Assembly: GCA_951406725.2 (NCBI GenBank)
Contig: OX597818.1
Span: 82,832,001-82,896,000 of the forward strand
From: Octopus vulgaris
Taxonomy: Eukaryota
Direction of reading: 5' to 3'
DNA length: 64,000 nucleotides
The position numbers and the translations under genes were made by a program. The notes beneath the pieces were generated by a model. It saw nothing but the letters and a program-made list of their open reading frames with translations. It made no database searches and had not been told where the DNA came from. Numbering within the stretch: position 1 is the stretch's first letter; every line of letters begins with the position of its first letter. Positions 1-14,998 of this stretch are shown here, in pieces.

Positions 1-50
1 CCAAGGTGCCTCGCATTGGGACTGAACCCGGAACCATGTGGTTGGGAAGC
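1..50 (-). mobile_element. SINE family A (tRNA head, CORE-like centre), fragment cut by window edge
   Basis: Reverse complement matches the ccaaccacatggttccgggttcagtccc...gcaccttgg segment of the copies at 23615 and 38689. Confidence 0.75.
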
Positions 51-610
51 CTATATATCGTAAAATAACGAATACACTCAATTTAAAACCAAACAGGAAA
101 AATTCAATTGTCACTAATTGTGACAGAGAGTTACGGGTAGCAACTATATTGCTAGAAATAAGAGTTAAGTCCCTTCGAAGGATTCTAAAAATCCTGACAA
201 TATTTATGACCATACCCAACTATAAAACTGTCAACTCACTCCTGCTCTCAATTCTAAACAGACACTATCCTCTAGCTTTAGATTTAGTGGTTGATAAAAA
301 AAAAGACTAGCAAATTAAAAACGCACCACAATCCTATTACAAGCTATGACCCTAACAAGCTTCTTACAGTTCTTATAAGTGTAATATATTCTTAGCTACA
401 TTAGTAGCAACATGGTCACATTCCCTCTTCTTGCCCTATTAGAGAATTTGAGTAAAATTATATTAGAGTGTCCATCTGATTAGAAATTCTCTTTATTTAT
501 GCAGCAAAAGATAGCCCTGCATTTAAATTGATGTAATGATTACATTGTTCAATTAAATGGAGTCGCTTGAATTGGTCGTATCACCTCTTGATATCCTGTT
601 CCTTATTTAG

Positions 611-696
<86 letters not shown>

Positions 697-697
<1 letters not shown>

Positions 698-885
698 GGG
701 AGAATTCACAAAACGCAATAGACGAAGACAAGTGGTGCAGACAACAAACAGATGTATTAGTATAACGCTCGGGAAGTGAAAAGTCTTTAACGTTTCGAGC
801 CTACGCTCTTCCACAGAAAGGAACACTGAAAGAAACAAGGAGAGAAAATAAAGAATGTGTAATGGCTAGCGATCTATTATGGGGA
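697..885 (-). mobile_element. Terminal (pseudo-LTR) fragment of the Penelope-like family at 11424-12645, with hammerhead variant at 785-820
   Basis: Nearly identical to 11424-11500 (ctcttccacagaaaggaaca...gctagcgatcta) and similar to 8909-9110; abuts the (TA)n tract at 613-697. Confidence 0.75.
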
Positions 886-939
886 ATGATATATATACAT
901 ATACGTATTGTTTTACTAAAGAAAAGGTATACCTTTCTC

Positions 940-1180
940 TCTTTTATCTCTTACTTGTTTCAGTCATTAGGCTGCGCCAACACGGGGCCACCTCTATGAA
1001 GAATTTTAGTCAGATGAATTGACTTAAGTTCTTATTTTTATCTTAAGCCTCGTTCTCATTCTGTTAGGCTGCTTTTGTTGAACCGCTAAGTTATGAAGAC
1101 GTAAACACTGCAACGCCGGTGGTAAAGCAGTGGAAAAGGGGTCCAACACTGATACAAAGACACACATACACACTTACACA
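940..1180 (-). mobile_element. SINE family A, 3' half
   Basis: tacttgtttcagtcatt...ccgctaagtta...cgtaaacac matches the family A tail (compare 25545-25750). Confidence 0.75.
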
Positions 1181-1419
1181 CAAGCATTTATATAGGTCCC
1201 TTTTACAGCCATACACATATGCTCACACAAAGTTGAAGCGCTGTTTGATTTTTTTTTCACCGTACAATTTCCATCATGCGCTCGGATTCATAAGGAGGCG
1301 TACAAATGACTGAGATTGCTTATCCTCTTACTAAAGTGTACACTGGTCTATAGGAAGGATACTTGCATGTGTAACTGAAATCAATATAGCCATAGAGATC
1401 ACCGTTGATAAGAAAATTA

Positions 1420-1673
1420 TCTAAGTTATAAAGACGCAGACACTGCAACGCCGGTTGTAAAGCGGTGGGGATTGGGGACAAACACAGATACAAAGACACA
1501 CATACACACGCGGCGTGCTTCTTTCAGTTTCTGTCTACCAAATCTACTCACAAGGCTTTGGTCTGTTCGAGGCTATAGTAGAAAACACACGCCCAAAGTG
1601 TAACACAATGAGACTGAACCCGGAAGCATGTGGTTGGGAAGCAAACTTGAAGCTACTCAACCGCGCCTGCGCC
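1420..1673 (-). mobile_element. SINE family A, 5' portion
   Basis: Minus strand starts aggcgcaggcgcggttg and continues ccaaccacatgcttccgggttcagtc (B-box-like) and ctactatagcctcg. Confidence 0.8.
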
Positions 1674-1693
1674 TATATATAACTAAACTTATA

Positions 1694-1862
1694 TAGTTCT
1701 GTATTTTAGAGATGAGGAATTATGTACATTATTTACATTATTTACATTATTTATATTCGACGGATATTTGTCCTCATCTTGTTGGAAGGTATATCAGCCG
1801 AAACGCTGTGTTAACAACAAACAAGATGAGGACAAATATCCGTCGAATGTAAATAATGTAAA
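1694..1862. repeat. Fold-back remnant, probably a PLE pseudo-LTR inversion, with a hammerhead 3' half in the loop
   Basis: 1741-1783 is the near-perfect reverse complement of 1820-1862; the spacer contains cagccGAAACgctgtgtta. Confidence 0.65.
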
Positions 1863-2789
1863 CTTGTATAGTTATGAAATAAAATGGAAAGCGCTGTGTG
1901 GACAGGTTTGTTAAGAGCCGTGGAATGAGACTTGGGAGCGTTGCTGGTTGGACGCCAATGATGTATGTGATACGGCTGACTGGACATTCAGCATGTTTTT
2001 GCGACAGTCCTGTTTGGCGCTGGAGGTAATCACCCCCCCACACACACACACAACACAAACGGACACACACATACGCACTCGCACAACACAAACAGACGCA
2101 CACATATATGCGCACTCACACATATGCACACATACTCACGTATGTCAAGAAGTATACTTATACAGATAGAAAGAGTGAAAGAGAGAGAAAGAGAAAGAGT
2201 AGGGGAGTGAGAGTGAGGCATTGTAATTTATTAATTGCGTCGGATTTACATAGAAACTTGTGTTCTTATACGAATAGAGAAATATATTCACACATATAAA
2301 CAAGGAGGGAAGGATAAAATAAATAAGATTGTTAGTAAACGAGTGAACTCTTAAAACATCTGATGTCCAAAAGCTTAGCGTCGAACCACAGATGCCAAAT
2401 TGGCGGCGCCATAAAGTGCTGTGCCAAAATGTTTCGTAAATCTAACACCTACTAAAAGGCTTTGCGGTTTGAGACCTGCTTAATTTGTTTCCATTAGATG
2501 TCGACTTTTGTTTATCATCCATCCAGGGCGATCAAATAAGCATTGTACACTAGAGAAATGGATTAGATTCTTTCAACTATTCGGCATTCATAAAACGTGT
2601 CGTGCGCATATGTTTGAAGTAGTTCATAGATATGATGTGCGTGTCGTGTTACTTGTAAATGAGTTATTCATTATTTCGAGGACCAGAAAAAATATTTTTA
2701 TCACACGTAATGTCTTAAATTCAATAGAATTTTCCTGGGTGAAATAAAAGTTGTTTTCCTGTTTTAAGCTTTAATTAATAGTTTAATCA

Positions 2790-3830
2790 AATTACACACG
2801 AAAGAGTTTATGCATCAAATACAATCCATTACAATCTATTGTCTGTTACTATTGTTGTGCCAGAAAAAACAATCCCACACTTCAAACATTGTATTTGTTT
2901 AGAGGCAAAAATTACCTTGTCGCCGTTTTCAACCTCGTCCTTATTGTTCAACCTCCGACCTTGCAGGAAATGACCTGGCTTGGAAAAAGTGGTTATATGA
3001 TAGTGCCAGATCTGGTAAAAGACCAGAGTGAAGTACCAATTCCAGCCCCTCAAGTTCCTCAAGTTTGCCCTTGGTTACAGCGGCATCGTGTGCTGGTCTA
3101 TTGTCGTGCAGTAGGCAGGCCCGTCTTCAACTAACTAGTGCCGGTTAGTGGGCTTCAAAAGCATCATGTACTTTCTGCAATTGTTGAGCACAAATGTTTA
3201 TGTTTACAGCATGGGTAGAAGCTGAAAGTGCAATACCCACTCGCAATTCCGTCAAACAAACATGGCCTTCTTTTCATACAGCCCTTGTTTGACAACAGCT
3301 CCTCAACCCTCACCGGAATGAAGTCACCGATTTTTAGTACAATCACAGAGATAGCTCTATCTTCATCCCTAGTTACAATCAGATGCCAAAAGCGGGAATC
3401 TCGAGGATTTTACCAGTATTTGTTTGCAAATGTTTACACATACTGGTGCCTGGTCATTGGTCAGTTCCCGAGGAGTTCCCAATAATACCTGCTCACAAAG
3501 CCGAGCTTATGGAGGTGTCGTTTGACGGTGCCGTGTGAAGAACCAAGTTCTGGAAACAATTTACGACTACTTGTGCTGAAATCTTCAACCATTTCAAATA
3601 AGGTTTCATCTTCACAGCAGAAGTTTTTCCTGACTTTGGCTTGTCTTCCAGATTGGTATCACCTTCCTTGAACCAGTTTTACGCCACACATTCGTTGACA
3701 GTTCGTGAGCCTTTCAGGTCACTGTGCCCTTGCATTTGCACTCAGTCCTTTCGTCCACAACTGACGCAAAATGGCTGTAATTACAATTTTTTTACTACTC
3801 ATTATCAAACTTAAAAAATAAAGAATAAAT
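2790..3830 (-). mobile_element. Decayed mariner transposon (transposase pseudogene)
   Basis: Minus-strand frames give WFKEGDTNLEDKPKSG (HTH end), GTVKRHLHKLGF, LVTRDE (IVTGDE-like), LLHDNRPAH and PDLALS (YSPDLAP-like), with stops and frameshifts. Confidence 0.8.
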
Positions 3831-3880
3831 AATCGATGTTTATATTTAATATAAGAAAATAGAGAATAAAGAATTTAGCG

Positions 3881-4261
3881 AACTCCAAGATCAAAAACGC
3901 CGTCTACCAATGCAAGGTTTACACGGACTCAGATGTCTTCACTTATGTAGGGGCCTCATCCTCAAGATTGTCTTTGCGAGTCTCCAACCATTACGCAACT
4001 TTTCGGGACATGAACAAGCGCCAGACCACGGGACTCAGTAAGCTAATATGGCGACTGAAGGATACAAACTTAAGCTACAGGCTGGAATGGTCAATTTTGT
4101 CGGTGGCCCTCCCATTTGATAGGGGCAGAAGGCAGTGCAACCTTTGTGTCTCCGAACTCTTCCATATTTTGTTTGCCAGAGGCCGGATGGTAAACGGGCT
4201 TTTACAGTCGGCTTTTCGATGCCCCCATTGGCGGCGTTACACTTATCTGGCTTTTAAATAG
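3881..4261 (+). pseudogene. C-terminal GIY-YIG endonuclease domain of a PLE ORF (5'-truncated)
   Basis: VYQC...YVG motif pair, downstream R-x3-H, and CxxC and CxH motifs typical of PLE endonucleases. Confidence 0.75.
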
Positions 4262-4846
4262 CGCTTATAAATAATACCGGCACCCATAGCCCTTGGTAAC
4301 AAATTCTGAAATAGCCTTTAAGATATCTACGATTAACCACTGCAAGGGGAATTACTCCTGTAAGATAAACGGGGCTTGGTTTTTTCACAACGGGGGTTTC
4401 CTTGACAAGGCAGGCTTAGATGAACACACACACACATAAAACATAATATATATATTTTTTTTCTGCCACCCAACGGTTCTCACTGCAGTAGCCACTGACA
4501 GCCGAACGATCAAACGCACACACGTACACAAAAAATGTTTTCTACCCCTACGCCAACACACACATATATAGAACAGTATACACACACACACGTCTCTAAG
4601 TAGATTTTTTCTCGCCCCTTATAAAACATCCAATATTCCTTAAATAGTCAGAACTTTATTCTCGGTCACAAAGAACATCTACACACCCTCACCCACATGA
4701 TTGACCGATGCCTGACCCGTTAAATTCTTCAGCCACCGGTTCTCAACATACACTGATAAACAGTTTCGCCATGGGCTTTTAGGAGCCTAGTTCGATTTGT
4801 TTTTGCTCCGCCTCTGTTCTGTTTTTGTTTTTTCCAACGGATTTCC

Positions 4847-4940
4847 TATTTTCTTCCTGAAGAGAAAGACACAATATGGTCCCATTATTCAATCGGATTT
4901 TGGTAAATTGTGCCTTTCGAAACACGTGTAGAATGAAATA
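4847..4940 (+). ncRNA. Type I hammerhead ribozyme with canonical core
   Basis: CTGAAGA 4857-4863; stem II gaaagacacaat/attgtgcctttc (11 of 12 bp); GAAA 4919-4922; stem III AC-acgt-GT with palindromic loop; GUA triplet ending at 4930; stem I tattttcttc/gaatgaaata with one mismatch. Confidence 0.8.
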
Positions 4941-4988
4941 AAACGATTTCTGTTCAATCTGCGTTCAGCTCCATTTCTTCAATTCACC

Positions 4989-8270
<3,282 letters not shown>

Positions 8271-8790
8271 CATAGGCATCTGTGCCTCTCTCTCTCCCCC
8301 TGTCTCTATATATACGCCTGTTGTTGTTTTTCTTGTTATTGCTTCTGGCTGTTGGTTTCTTGCAACTGTACTAATGCATTAAACAGTGTTACAACTTTTA
8401 ATGATTGTTTAGTTCGATATAATAACTCAAGAGATTACATATGGTTACAGATTAAAAAAAAAATTGCGGCAAATTTAATTTGTGACTATTAATACGTAAC
8501 ATGGACTATTGTTTAGATTTCCAACATATTTTATAGTCTAGTTCTATAGTACAAAGTCATCGTCGGCTCATATATCAAAGCAAATGACTTACAGCGTATC
8601 TTCTCTGACTATCAATAATACACAAATAACACTCTTATAATAGCTATAAAATTTAAACCTCAAAATCTCTAACGTACCCTAATGGAGACATAAGCAATAC
8701 ATATGTGTGTGTCTGCGTGTCTGTGTGTGTTTGTGCGTGTGCTTCTCATCTCTCCCTATCTCTCTATCTCTCTCTATAAATACATACACA

Positions 8791-8836
<46 letters not shown>

Positions 8837-8908
8837 AATGGCGGTGCTCCAGCATGGCCACAGCTCATGAGCTGAAACTAGAATCAATCAATCATATATA
8901 TATATATA

Positions 8909-9320
8909 GAAAGGGAGAGTTTACGAAAATAAACTAAAGACGAAGACAGGTGGAGTACAAACAAACAAATTTATTAGTATAGGAATAGAAAAAGTCTTTT
9001 ACGTTTCGAGCCTACGCTCTTCGACAGAAAGATACACAGACAAAAAACAAGGAGAGAAACAAGGAGAGAAAAAAATTGCGTGTAGGAGTTAACGATCTAT
9101 CATGGCGTCCTGACTTCGGACAGTGATTAGATGCGAGAGGGTAGTAGGGGAGATAACAGGGTCAAGTGACTCCCAATATGAAGGTGCCGCCAACACAAAG
9201 GTGCGTGTGTGTATAAGAGAGTATGTATGAGCGTGTGAAAGAGGGCTGGTGATCTGGACGTGTGTGTATATGTATGTGTGGGTGTGGAGATGTGGGGATG
9301 GGTGTGTGTGTGGTGTGCTA
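8909..9320 (-). mobile_element. 3' end and pseudo-LTR of a Penelope-like element related to 11424-12645, with hammerhead variant at 8995-9032
   Basis: Colinear similarity to 697-885 and 11424-11700; flanked by TA runs. Confidence 0.75.
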
Positions 9321-9332
9321 TGTATATATATG

Positions 9333-9619
9333 TGGAGGCGCAATGGCCCAATGGTTAGGGCAGCGGCCTCGCGGTCGCAGGATCGCGGTTTCGATTCCCA
9401 GACCGGTCGTTGTGAGTGTTTATTGAGCGAAAACACCTAAAAGATTCACGACGCTCCAGCAGGGGGTGGTGATCCCTGCTGTACTCTTTCACCACTCTTT
9501 CTTCTGTTGGTCTGCTCGCTTAGCCAGCGGGGTGGCGTCATTCGAAGGCTAAAACAATGCGAACGCATTGTGACCACCGATGTGTAACAACATTCTGTTG
9601 GTCTGGTCGGTCACGTGAT

Positions 9620-9626
<7 letters not shown>
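9333..9626 (+). mobile_element. SINE family C (tRNA-derived head), short form
   Basis: tggaggcgcaatggcccaatggttaggg (A box), ggtttcgattccc (B box), ends tcacgtgatcacgtga; near-identical to 55299-55606. Confidence 0.85.
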
Positions 9627-9667
<41 letters not shown>

Positions 9668-9675
<8 letters not shown>

Positions 9676-9980
9676 AAGCGTTGTAGTTCGCCTGAAGCAT
9701 CGGAGTACCGATGCAGGAAAAGAAAACGGAAAATCAGAAAACTTCTGACGAAGAATAAAGTTTTAAAAAGACCTTTATATTTCAGGATTAATGGCCCCTC
9801 TTCAAAGGGAAACACTCTAGAAATTGTCCAGTTAACACCAACTCCGTTCGCTTACTCAAACTCTTTGCTGGACAAATGTAACTGGATGTTTCCTGGACTG
9901 TTTCCTTGTGAGTATGGGCCTTTGCGCCTGAAATATAAAGTGTGCGTAAAACCTTTTGTATTTTCTCTTTTCTATTCCAT
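9668..9980. repeat. (TA)n-flanked module with an internal inverted pair of degenerate hammerhead-like motifs
   Basis: ctttatatttcagg 9773-9786 is the reverse complement of cctgaaatataaag 9927-9940; the two arms resemble each other over about 40 nt. Confidence 0.45.
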
Positions 9981-10065
9981 ATATATATATATATGTATAT
10001 ATATATGTATATATATATATATATATATCAGTAAATATAATATGTGACAATTTTTCGGTAGCCAT

Positions 10066-10126
10066 GATAAAACTCCGAGTTTCGGATGCCGAGGTGGAAA
10101 ACCACGCCGCCATCTCTTAAGTTATC
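10066..10126 (-). ncRNA. Hammerhead ribozyme-like fold with variant core CUUAAGA, in a (TA)n-flanked module (10029-10280)
   Basis: Minus strand: gataa|cttaaga|gatg..gtgg-tttt-ccac..catcc|gaaa|ctc-g-gagt|t|ttatc. Confidence 0.55.
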
Positions 10127-10279
10127 CGGCCATCGGAAAAATGCTATGAGAAATGACCGTTATACAAAGGGAAATTACTGTGTGATTAACCGTTATTAAG
10201 ACAAAAGAGCTATTCGAATGACCGCTAAGTCATGGGAGGGAGTAAAGTAAGGGGGTAAAAGGTTCATAGTATTCCCGTA

Positions 10280-10297
10280 ATATATATAGATATATAG

Positions 10298-10357
<60 letters not shown>

Positions 10358-10386
10358 ATATATATATATATTTGTATATATATATG

Positions 10387-10418
<32 letters not shown>

Positions 10419-10445
10419 TATATATACGTTTAAATATTTGTTGTG

Positions 10446-10490
<45 letters not shown>

Positions 10491-10511
10491 TATGTGTATA
10501 CATACATATAT

Positions 10512-10583
<72 letters not shown>

Positions 10584-10640
10584 ATATATATATACTTTAT
10601 ATAGACATATATACACATATATGTATATATGTCTATGTAT
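10280..10640. repeat. Long degenerate (TA)n/(TACA)n tract
   Basis: Directly visible. Confidence 0.95.
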
Positions 10641-11423
10641 ATGTTTGGATGTCTACTTAAGCTTACATGTTATTTATAAGTTTACATGTGACCCACACAA
10701 AGTTATCACCAAATTATGATATTTGATGCTTAGAAAGTAACGATTACATCTATGTAGTTGAATGTAAAATCTAAGCATGCACGCACATGCACACACATAC
10801 ACATACATACACAGAAACACATTCACACAAACATATATACACACTCACGCACACACATGCACATGGACGCAAAATGAACACAGACATAGACACAGACACA
10901 TACATATATACATATACGCGTGTACACTTAATTGAAGTGACCTGTATACAGGTGTGTGCATGTGCACCTGCCTTTCAGTGGTTGCTTCTGTGTAAGAGTT
11001 GGTTATAGATGCATCTAAACTTTTCACAAGTTGAACAGCATGATAGTATTGTTATCATGGAGACTTTCAAATGGACCATAAATGAGATTCAACTGTTAAG
11101 GGCCCTAAAAGAATTTCAACACCCACGTAGGCTTCAAGGTGCCTGAACGATCCTTTTAAATGCAGGAGAATAAAGGATATTACCATCCCATTGAAGTGTT
11201 GAAATAGTCGTAGAGTCGTAGCATTTATAATCGTATTAAACAATATTTTCAATCCACTTAGGATTGCCTCTTCTGTTTATTTCATATTTACGGAAATTTC
11301 AATGCATACTTGCATACATACATAAATGAATACCTCCATATATACATACATATACGCTAATAGCGTGCATAAATAGTTACATGCATACAAACATATAGGA
11401 AGAATACACAACAATACAAAATA

Positions 11424-12645
11424 CTCTTCCACAGAAAGGAACACAGAAAGAAACAAGGAGAGAAAATAAAGAATGTGTAGCGGCTAGCGATCTATCATGG
11501 CGAATACCGGACAGAGGGGTCACACAGGAGAGCTAGGAAGAACGGGAGATAATTAAGAAAGAAGGTGCGCGTGTATAAGAGAGCGTGAATGTGCGTGTGG
11601 AAGAGGGCTGGTGACATTGACGTGTGCGTGTGTGTATGTGTAGTTGAGTGGATGATGTGTGGGGCTGGGAAGTGGTCAGTGCTAGTGTGTGCGTGGTGGT
11701 GTGATGTGATGTGGTGATGTGGTGTTGTGTGGTATGGTGGTGTGTGGTTTGAGAGGAGGTGTTGGGATGTGGGGGAGGCAAGAGTAGGGAAAGCAAGGAT
11801 GGGGTGTGGGTTAGGCTGATGAATCGGGGTAGAGGTGGGGCATGTGTGTCTAAGGGATGGGGTGGGATGGAATGGGATGGATAGTGAAGGAGGGTGGATT
11901 GTGCAGAGGTGGGATTACGATGGACGTTTAACGATGAAGGGAGAGGAGCAAGGGAGAAGATGGCTAGGAGAGAAGAGAAGAGAGGAGAGTAGGAGGGAAG
12001 AGAAGAATTAGGAGTCGGAGCAAGAGAGAAGAGGTGAGTGGGCGGAAGTAGGTGCGACATGGAGATAGGAGAGGGTAGGAGGGTTAGATGAAGAGGGGAG
12101 GAGAGTTGAACCCATGTGGCGCTAAGGATTGAAGAGAGAAGATTAATCCCTGTTCGCGGCAAAAACGGGAGACCGAATGGCCCCTGTGCAAGGACAATCC
12201 GAATACAGACAGGTGTTGCAAAGAATGACCGGTGGAGCGGAAACGGTGCGAGACCAGGGTGCTATTGCCGAGTCGGATGACTTGGAGGTGTTCCACGAAC
12301 CGGTCAGCCAATCGGCGTCCCACTTGCCCGATGTTTAGAGAAGGGCAGAGAGCACAAGAGATGCAGTAGATGACATTGGTAGAAATGCAGGTGAAGGAGT
12401 CGGTGATATGGTAGGGTCGATGATGGGTGCAGGTGAGGAGGGTGGTGTTGGAGAGGTAATGGCAAGTGCGGCAGCGTGGGCAGGAGAACGAGTCGGGTTG
12501 GAAGGTTGGGTTAGGGAAGAAACTGTGGACCAAGAGGTCACGTAGGGCTCGTTTGAAGCAGGGAGGGGTCGGTTAGGGAAGATGTGCGAAGTGGATGGCT
12601 CGGACTGGAGTCGCCGGAAGGCTAGGAGAATGGTGCGTTTGAGAG
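11424..12645 (-). mobile_element. 5'-truncated Penelope-like retroelement (Neptune/Poseidon-like GIY-YIG with upstream Cys cluster)
   Basis: RDLLVHS...CPRCRTC...FTCISTNVIYCISCALCPSLNIGQVGRRLADRFVEH...REQGLIFSLQSLAPHGFN, then a low-complexity 3' region and a terminal repeat shared with 697-885. Confidence 0.85.
12084..12640 (-). pseudogene. PLE GIY-YIG endonuclease domain fragment
   Basis: NVIYCISC...(Y>N)IGQ, RFxEH, RE..LI and PHGFN motifs; frameshifted upstream. Confidence 0.85.
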
Positions 12646-12864
12646 GTAGAATGCTAATAAACTCATAGCTGGGATTCCTAGCAGTTGCTGTAAATTCGGG
12701 TCAGAGTAGACCTGGAAAAACTAGTGGATAAGAAGTGGTTCCCACTCCTCAAAACCTTGGAACACCTTACTAGTGCCCTACTATTAGAAGTAGTGTAAAA
12801 CCATGTCCAGGACATGCGTACAGGCAGATATACAAACAGACGTATATATACTGACATAAATTGA

Positions 12865-12943
12865 TTAGATAGCTAAATAGATAGATAAATAGATAGGTAG
12901 ACAGACAAACAGACAGATCGATTAATCGATCGATCGATCGATC

Positions 12944-13020
<77 letters not shown>

Positions 13021-13030
13021 GTAGATAGAT
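12865..13030. repeat. (GATA)n/(GATC)n tetranucleotide microsatellite
   Basis: Directly visible. Confidence 0.95.
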
Positions 13031-13176
13031 ACTCAACTGGTACATATTTTATCCGCCCTGAAAAGATGAAAGGTAAAGTCAACCTCGGCGGAATTTGAAG
13101 TCAGAAAGCAAAAACGGACGAAATACTGCAAACCATTTTGTTCGGCGTGCTAACACTTCTGCCAGCTCACCGCGTT
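13031..13176 (-). mobile_element. SINE family B (tRNA-like head, Meta-domain-like gcctttcatcctttcggggtcgataaa centre)
   Basis: gatgaaaggtaaagtcaacctcggcggaatttgaa...ctgccagctc. Confidence 0.8.
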
Positions 13177-13233
13177 AATTTTGTATAATGTATAAAATTT
13201 AATTTTACAAGTAACAGGTATTTTGCATGGCCA

Positions 13234-14139
13234 TATGAGATGGCATCAACAAGTACACAGACTAGTTCTGTAGTGCGCCAACAGATGGCAGCACACGGTT
13301 GTGTATGTAGTGAGAGCTAGAAGTGATTTTCATGAAGCAGTGTGCCCAGTGATATCGCTTTGTTTACTTCACAAGTTCTGAAATTGGTGTTTTTGCGATC
13401 ACGTGAACCTGTAGTCTGTGATTTTGTGATGGGAAAGAACAAAGAGCCAACATGAATATTTTCGTTAAACTTAGGAAGTCTGCTACAGAGACATTCAGAA
13501 TACTTCGTCAATCTTACGGTGACGTGGCAATAGATCTTACGCAATGTTTCGAGTGGTACTGTCGCTTCAAAAGTGAAGGAACGTTCCTGGAAGATGATGA
13601 CCTACAACGAGCGTTTCATCCCGGAAATGTGATATTGTATATCAAGAACGTACTCTAGGGTCAGACCGTGAATCGAGAGTTCTACAGCGACGTTTTGAAG
13701 CGTTTGAGTGAGAACTTTCGGCGAAAGCAACCGAATCTGTGGAGCGCAAAGAATTCAATTCTTCACGATGACAATGCACCCTATGACAGAGCCCTACTTA
13801 TTCGTGGGTATCTCGCCCAAAACAACATAGTATCGCTTTTGTACCCGTGTTGTTCCCCAGGTTAAGTACCTTCAAACTTCCATCTCTTTCCCAAGTTGAA
13901 ATACAGCTCAAAGATCGTCGTTTTCACACCGTTATGAGATCCAGGGCAAATGGCAGAATGTCCTTGACTAGCTTAAGGACAATGAATTCTAGGCAGGATT
14001 CTAGAAGTGGCAGGAATACTGGTACCAGTGTATTACTGTGCAAGATGTCTATTTCGAAGGAGATAATATTAAAACTTAGGTAAATAAGTTATTTTTTATT
14101 AAACATAATTAGTCCTAGAACGTTTGATACCATCTCGTA
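13234..14139 (+). mobile_element. Internally deleted mariner element with both TIRs and TA target sites
   Basis: Left TA-tgagatggcatcaa...gacta and right tagtc...ttgataccatctcg-TA; EQRANMNIFVKLRKSATETF...FEWYCRFKS...LEDD, GQTVNREFY, LHDDNAP. Confidence 0.9.
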
Positions 14140-14199
14140 CACTTATATAACCATCATCGATTAAAAAACCTTCGATTAAAAACCTTCACTGGGAAAGAT

Positions 14200-14870
14200 C
14201 CACGTAAAGCCACTCGAAAAATCAGAAGATGCAGATATAAAATATGCTCCTCGTTTCGTCTTCGTAACCAGACCCATCCATTTCGCGACCGTATTGGAAC
14301 TTGCGATGAAAAGTGAATTCTGGACAATAAGAAACACCGTTTTTCGCAGTGGTTGGACCAAAATAAAGCACCGAAAACCTTCCCTAAACCCGACTCCTCA
14401 AGAATAAGATTATGGTGACAGTTTGGTGATGTAATACCGGACTCATCCACTATAACTTTTTAAAACCCGGACGAACCATTACTGTAGAAACATTTTGCCA
14501 TGAAATTGCTAAAATGTACAAAAAACTGCTACTCCTCCTTCCCAGACCGGTCAACGGAAGAGTGCCAATCATTCTTTATGGTATTGTTCGACCACACGCT
14601 TCATTAAAGACGCTCCAGAAGTTGAGAGAACTTGGCTACATAGTTCTTCCCCACTCAGCTTATTCCCCAGACTTTTCTCCGACTAACTGCTACTTTTTAA
14701 ACACCTTGATGGTTTCCTGAGAAAGGAGTTCAAAAGTCAAACCGATACTGAATAAGCGTTCAAAGTGTTCATCAGCTCCAGAACTCCAGATTTTTATGTT
14801 ACCGGAATAAACAAACTTGTAACTTGCTGGCAAAACGTGTTGATTGTAATGGTACTTACTTCGATGAGCA
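14200..14870 (+). mobile_element. Mariner transposase pseudogene fragment (Hsmar1/cecropia-like)
   Basis: RIGTCDEK*I...QWLD..APK.FPKP..KIMVTVW*..GLIHYNFL..TIT..RPH..LGYIVLPHSAYSPDFSPT. Confidence 0.88.
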
Positions 14871-14998
14871 GTTCCTATGTGCACTATCTTTTTAATTTCA
14901 GCTATTTTGGGGTTTCCTGGTATCTGAGTTAGGTAGCAATCATCATCATCATTATTATTATTATTATTATTATTACCATTATTATTATTATTATTACT

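Larger units (their letters stand above)
3880..4991 (+). mobile_element. 5'-truncated Penelope-like retroelement: GIY-YIG endonuclease end, 3' region and hammerhead-bearing pseudo-LTR
   Basis: Open frame NSKIKNAVYQCKVYTDSDVFTYVGASSSRLSLRVSNH...LSKLIWRLK...CNLC...CPH ending at 4261; hammerhead at 4847-4940; ends at a (TA)n tract. Confidence 0.8.

Noticed and set aside
9333-9410. tRNA-like cloverleaf (also at 55299 and 61381)
   Set aside because: Runs directly into a shared SINE body, so it is a SINE head and not a tRNA gene
11533-12162. 209-aa P/S/H/T-rich ORF, the longest in the track
   Set aside because: Low-complexity 3' region of the PLE, in a different frame from the endonuclease
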